Position numbers and translations under genes: made by a program
Assembly: GCA_002269645.1 (NCBI GenBank)
Contig: NIVC01001177.1
Span: 280,131 to 344,130, forward strand
Length of the DNA stretch: 64,000 bases
Reading direction: 5' to 3'
From: Macrostomum lignano
Taxonomy: Eukaryota
In this document: positions 59,885 through 64,000 of the stretch, piece after piece
Position numbering within the stretch: position 1 is the first letter of the stretch
Layout: each line of letters opens with the position of its first letter
Notes under the pieces: model-generated
The model's input: the letters and a program-made list of their open reading frames with translations, nothing else
What the model was told of the DNA's origin: nothing
Database searches by the model: none

Positions 59885-61079
59885 CTGCAGTGTGGGTGTA
59901 TGCCCACCGTTATATTTCCTCTGACCTTATTGTTTCGCTGTCTGGGAGGCTCTCTCCACTCCGCTCCGCTCAATGAACTGACTGGAATGGACTTTAAAGT
60001 CCCAATTCATCCCCGGGCCTCCCAATAGGCTTTCTGCAGCATCAGAAGGCATTTGATGTCGCCATCTCTGACTGCGCCGCGCCTCACAATGGGAGAAAAA
60101 ATTGAGAGGCTGATCAGCAGTCATTTCATATTTAATTGATTGTCCTACACGCCTGATATCCCACTCGCAGTTGCTCCGCAATGCTCTACTCACCATGTAG
60201 AGTCGAACAGTAGTCACAGTAGTGTAGGCTTCAGCCCCCCAAGTGGGGGTTTCCCTACCAGACCACATGATGCGGAAAGGCCGGGGCGGACTGGAGGCGA
60301 CGCCAAACCACCCCCCCCCCACTAACGTTGAGGACAATCTTCTTCAAGTAAATACCGCGGGATTAGCGGATTAGCTCTGCACACTGAGGGATTATCTCTG
60401 CATACTGAGGGATTAGCTTTTTACACTGACGGATTAGCTCTGTATATACTGAGATAAAATCAAGAAAAAGTACTTGAAATGATGGCAGTCGCAGAATTAA
60501 TTGTTTAGCCTATGATATATAGGTGTCAACCATGCCTCGTAAGCAGAATAGATGATTCGGTAATACAATTTATTTTTAGTATTGAGGTAAAAATTAGTAA
60601 GGAAACAGTGATTAACTAAAGCAAATTTTAATACAAAATAACAGCAAACTTTTTTTTTTATTTACAGCCAGAGAGTCAGTTACTAATGATAGAATGCGAG
60701 AAAAGATTTATAATGTAACTTTAGATCGTATCGAGGCAAAATGTATACTTCGCTGAAGTGTCAGTCACAATTTGGAATATTATTAATCGCCGTGATTTAC
60801 AACAAAAAGCGCGAGTGAGGTGAAAAATGGTGTCAGCATTAGCTAGCTATACTAGCTATAAAATTTTTTTAGCTAGATAGAGAGGTAGGCGACTCACTGC
60901 TCGGGCAATAGCGGTCAGTATTGATAGCTACTCAACATTTTTACACATCATCGAATGATGCTTTTTTTAAGTCTGACTCCAAGCCTGTAATGTCAGGCAA
61001 TTTACATGTAAACTGTTAGATGCATGGCACTTCTAGTGTGCACCTGTTGACAACCTGCTTTATCTAGTATATTGCTTTT

Positions 61080-61366
61080 GTCAGCCAATTTGATAGTTAA
61101 GCTGCTAACCAAGTTGAGAATTCCTATTTCATAGCAGTAGATTCGGTCTTGGCCATAGACAAAGAATAGACGGGAAAAAGCAAGCAAGTTGAAAAGTCAG
61201 CCATTGACATCAGGACAGGAGGTATGCTAGCAGCAACCTCTCTAATAGACTCTCTGATTCTCTCTCTATCCCTTGCCTTTTTCCCTTGTCTATGGGCAAG
61301 ACCGAATCTACCGCTCCTAAATGGAAATTCTCAACTTGGTTGGCTTTAATTATCAACTTGGCTAAC
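61080..61366. repeat. Degenerate inverted repeat (about 100-bp arms, about 87-bp loop)
   Basis: CAAGTTGAGAATT..GTAGATTCGGTCTTGGCCATAGACAA versus TTGTCTATGGGCAAGACCGAATCTAC..AATTCTCAACTTG. Confidence 0.8.
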
Positions 61367-61803
61367 TTCGACTGCACTTAATTGGCTTTATTGTCTATGG
61401 CCGAGCGCTCTGCGGCAGTGGCTGCTGCTGCAGCGAATGGGGGTTCTCCACTTAAAATTATCCATCAACTTCACTGACAAAAGCAATAATTAGTAAAAGC
61501 AAAAGTGTTCGATTATGAAAACAAACATAACGGAATAAAAGAAATTAAAATACTGCAAAATAGATCCGCCTATGTGAGCAGTCGGTTCACGAATTCATCG
61601 CTGTTTCGGTCATGAAGCTTCGAAATAATAGCTTACAAAGCAGCTGTTGAAGTCAATGCGTAGTTGCTGTGTGCGCAATTATCGATTATCGATGCCTCAG
61701 TCCGAAGAAATTTTCTGAAATTATTTGCAGCATTTATTTGGTTGGCGCCGTCTGTACAATGCTACCTGACTGAGAGAGAATCGCTATACACAAAAGCACT
61801 CAC

Positions 61804-64000
61804 CTCGGCTCAATTCGCACTTGCTTCCGATGCGATGCTTGGGACACTCGCAGCGTCCAGTCTGCGCCTGACACGGGACACCGTCGCGCATTCGCACTGA
61901 TGCGCACAGTCGGCTCCGTAGCGACCGGGTGGACACTCTGGATCGTGTGTGTAAAGGAATACAGGCTTAGTCATTATTTGCATTACAATAACACCTCATG
62001 AGCGTGAGCAGGAACAACTGAGGTACAGTTTTGTCCACCGAAATTGTCTATGGCCAAAGCCTATTTAGCGCTCTATATTTTACCACATCTAGGGCAAGAT
62101 ACGGTAATTCAAGGACTGGGGGGTGGGTCGCCACACACAGCCTCAATTACCCCAGCTAATGCTGGCACCCATTTTACAGCTGGGTGAACTGGAACAATGC
62201 AGAGTTAGGTGTCTTGCTCAAGGACACCAATTGTTCCTGAGTGGATCGAGAATCGAATCCCGACGTTTCATTAGTGAGTCCGACACTCTGACTACTTTTT
62301 GGTCCAAAAATCTCCCAAATTGATGTGACAGACGCGGTTTTAACTAAGCTACTTATCGGAACCATTCTGACGTGATCCCTTCAGTTGTGACATTGGCTGA
62401 CAAGTTAGCTGGCCAGACGGGGATGGGATATTGAGTTGATTATACGTTTTATTGATTTTGCACTCAATAAATCTCTAATCGATAAATCTCTAATCGATAA
62501 TTCGATAAATCAAAATTCGATAAAGCAATAAATAAATAAACAAATGGATACATCAATAAATCTCTAATGGAAAAATCGAAAAATCAATTAATCAATTAAT
62601 CAATATCAATAAATCAATAAATCAATAAATCAATAAATCAATAAATCAATAAACCAATAAATCTATAAATCTATAAATCAATAAAAATGTGGTTAGTTAA
62701 ATCAAACTGGCTCTAGCTGATACAACCGGATTTATAATTAAAAAAAGAAACTCACCTTTCTCGCAGGATTTTCCTGTCCAACCTAGCGGACAGTCGCACC
62801 TGCCGTCGATCGGATTGCAATGCGAACAGCCGCTGCCGCAGTGCCGACTGCATCCGCGTCCCCAGCGACCGCTCGCGCAGGCCAGCTCGCACCGGTTGCC
62901 ATAGTAACCGGGCCGGCAGCGGCACTGGCCAGTGACTGGATCGCAGGCATCGCTGCTGGACGCCACACAATTGCAGGGCCGCCCGCACCCGGCGCCGAAC
63001 CAGCCGGCCGGACACGGCTGGGAGCAGTCGGGCGGCAGGGCGCCGGCCGGGCAGCTGCAGACTCCGGTCACGTGATCGCAGCTGGCGCCGGGCGCGCAAG
63101 CGCAAGGAACTGAGCATCCAGGGCCGTACAGACCCGACGGGCACCGGTTCTGGCACCGGTCCCCGGTGAGCCCGGCCGGGCAGCGGCACTCGCCAGTGAT
63201 AGGATCGCAGACTGCCTCCGAGCTGTTGTCTCTGCCGCAGCGACACGGCTTCGAGCAGAGCGGCCCGTGCCAGCCAGTCGGGCACAGCTCCGAGCAGCGG
63301 GCGCCTCTGAAACCTGGCGGGCAGCGGCAGGCGCCGCTCACCGGATCGCAGGCGTCCCCGGAGCCGGCGCCGGAGCAGTCGCACCGGCTGGCGCAACCAA
63401 CTCCGTATCGACCGGCTGGGCACGGGCGCTTGCATGCGGCTCCGTGCCATCCAGCCGGACAGTGACAGGCGCCTGTGGCCGGGTCACAGTCTGCCCCGGC
63501 CGCTCCGCATCGGCAAGTTTGCGTGCAGTTCGGGCCGAACCGGCCAGCCGGACAGGGACTCGAGCAGTTGGCCCGGATCGGCCCGGCCGGCAAGAGCACT
63601 GGCCGGTTGCGGGTCGCACAGCTGTCCGCTGCTAGCGGTGCAGTTGCACGCCCGAGCGCAGCCGGGCCCATAGGTGCCTTCGGGACACGGCCGGCTGCAG
63701 GACAGGCCGGTCCAGCCGGCCGCGCACTGGCAGGCTCCGGTTCGATGGTCGCACGGCTGGCCACCCGGACAGCGGCACGACTGGCTGCAGTTGACTCCGT
63801 GCCGGCCCCAGGGACATGGCAGCTCGCACGCCGGTCCGCGCCAGCCGGCTTCGCAGAGCACGACCGCTGCTCGGTTCGCACCGGCCGCCGTTCCGACACC
63901 GGCAGGCGCTCGTGCAGTTCGCTCCAAACCGGCCAGCTGGACAGGCGAGCTGGCAGACTGGTCGAGCCTGCCGGGCGGACAGCGACAGGCCACCAGTGGT
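61804..64000 (-). CDS. Partial MEGF6/MEGF10/Draper-like EGF-repeat protein, with several single-base frameshifts
   Basis: Exons >64000-62756 (donor G|GTGAGT) and 61937-61804 (phase 1 to phase 1). Repeated CPxGxYGxxCxxxCxCxxxxxCDPxTGxCxC units. Confidence 0.8.
62043..62296 (-). mobile_element. tRNA-derived SINE with CORE-like domain (copy 2), in the MEGF intron
   Basis: Minus strand: TAGTCAGAGTGTCGGACTC, B-box-like GGGATTCGATTC, GTGTCCTTGAGCAAGACACCTAAC..CTGTAAAATGGG; homologous to 27108-27340. Confidence 0.82.
62480..62690. repeat. AATAAATC-type short tandem repeat in the MEGF intron
   Basis: Tandem 8-mers visible. Confidence 0.85.

Noticed and set aside
58853-60337. ORFs upstream of the claudin gene, including the RE-repeat ORF
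   Set aside because: No splice-consistent structure or recognisable motif; the RE run is the (GA)n microsatellite.
50347-62908. Near-perfect palindromic X-boxes at 50347-50360, 52662-52675 and 62895-62908
   Set aside because: All lie in coding exons and follow from the encoded peptides (VAMAT, GSYGN, GYYGN).

Overview
Eukaryotic (metazoan) genomic DNA; no prokaryotic system or CRISPR array is present. GC-rich exons, introns packed with 15-40 bp minisatellites and interspersed AT-rich blocks suggest a macrostomid flatworm such as Macrostomum, but that assignment is inference only. Six spliced genes could be reconstructed by hand: a small transmembrane SEL1-repeat gene (+), DDX56/DBP9 (+), SNX13 (+), a RING-B-box-coiled-coil-NHL (TRIM-NHL) gene (+), an invertebrate claudin-like gene (-) and part of a MEGF6/10-like EGF-repeat gene (-, frameshifted). 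Mobile DNA: a full-length two-ORF LOA-like non-LTR retrotransposon, a 5'-truncated RTE LINE, an internally deleted RTE relic, two tRNA-derived CORE-like SINEs, a second short interspersed repeat and a Tc1/mariner-type MITE. Most long ORFs in the supplied track are artefacts of stop-free tandem repeats. Best leads: an operon-like DDX56-SNX13 junction, a candidate poison exon in DDX56, a minisatellite built from the Pol III A-box of an adjacent SINE, inverted satellite arrays bracketing the SEL1 gene, and the one-intron-one-minisatellite architecture. All are hypotheses needing RNA or genome-wide checks.
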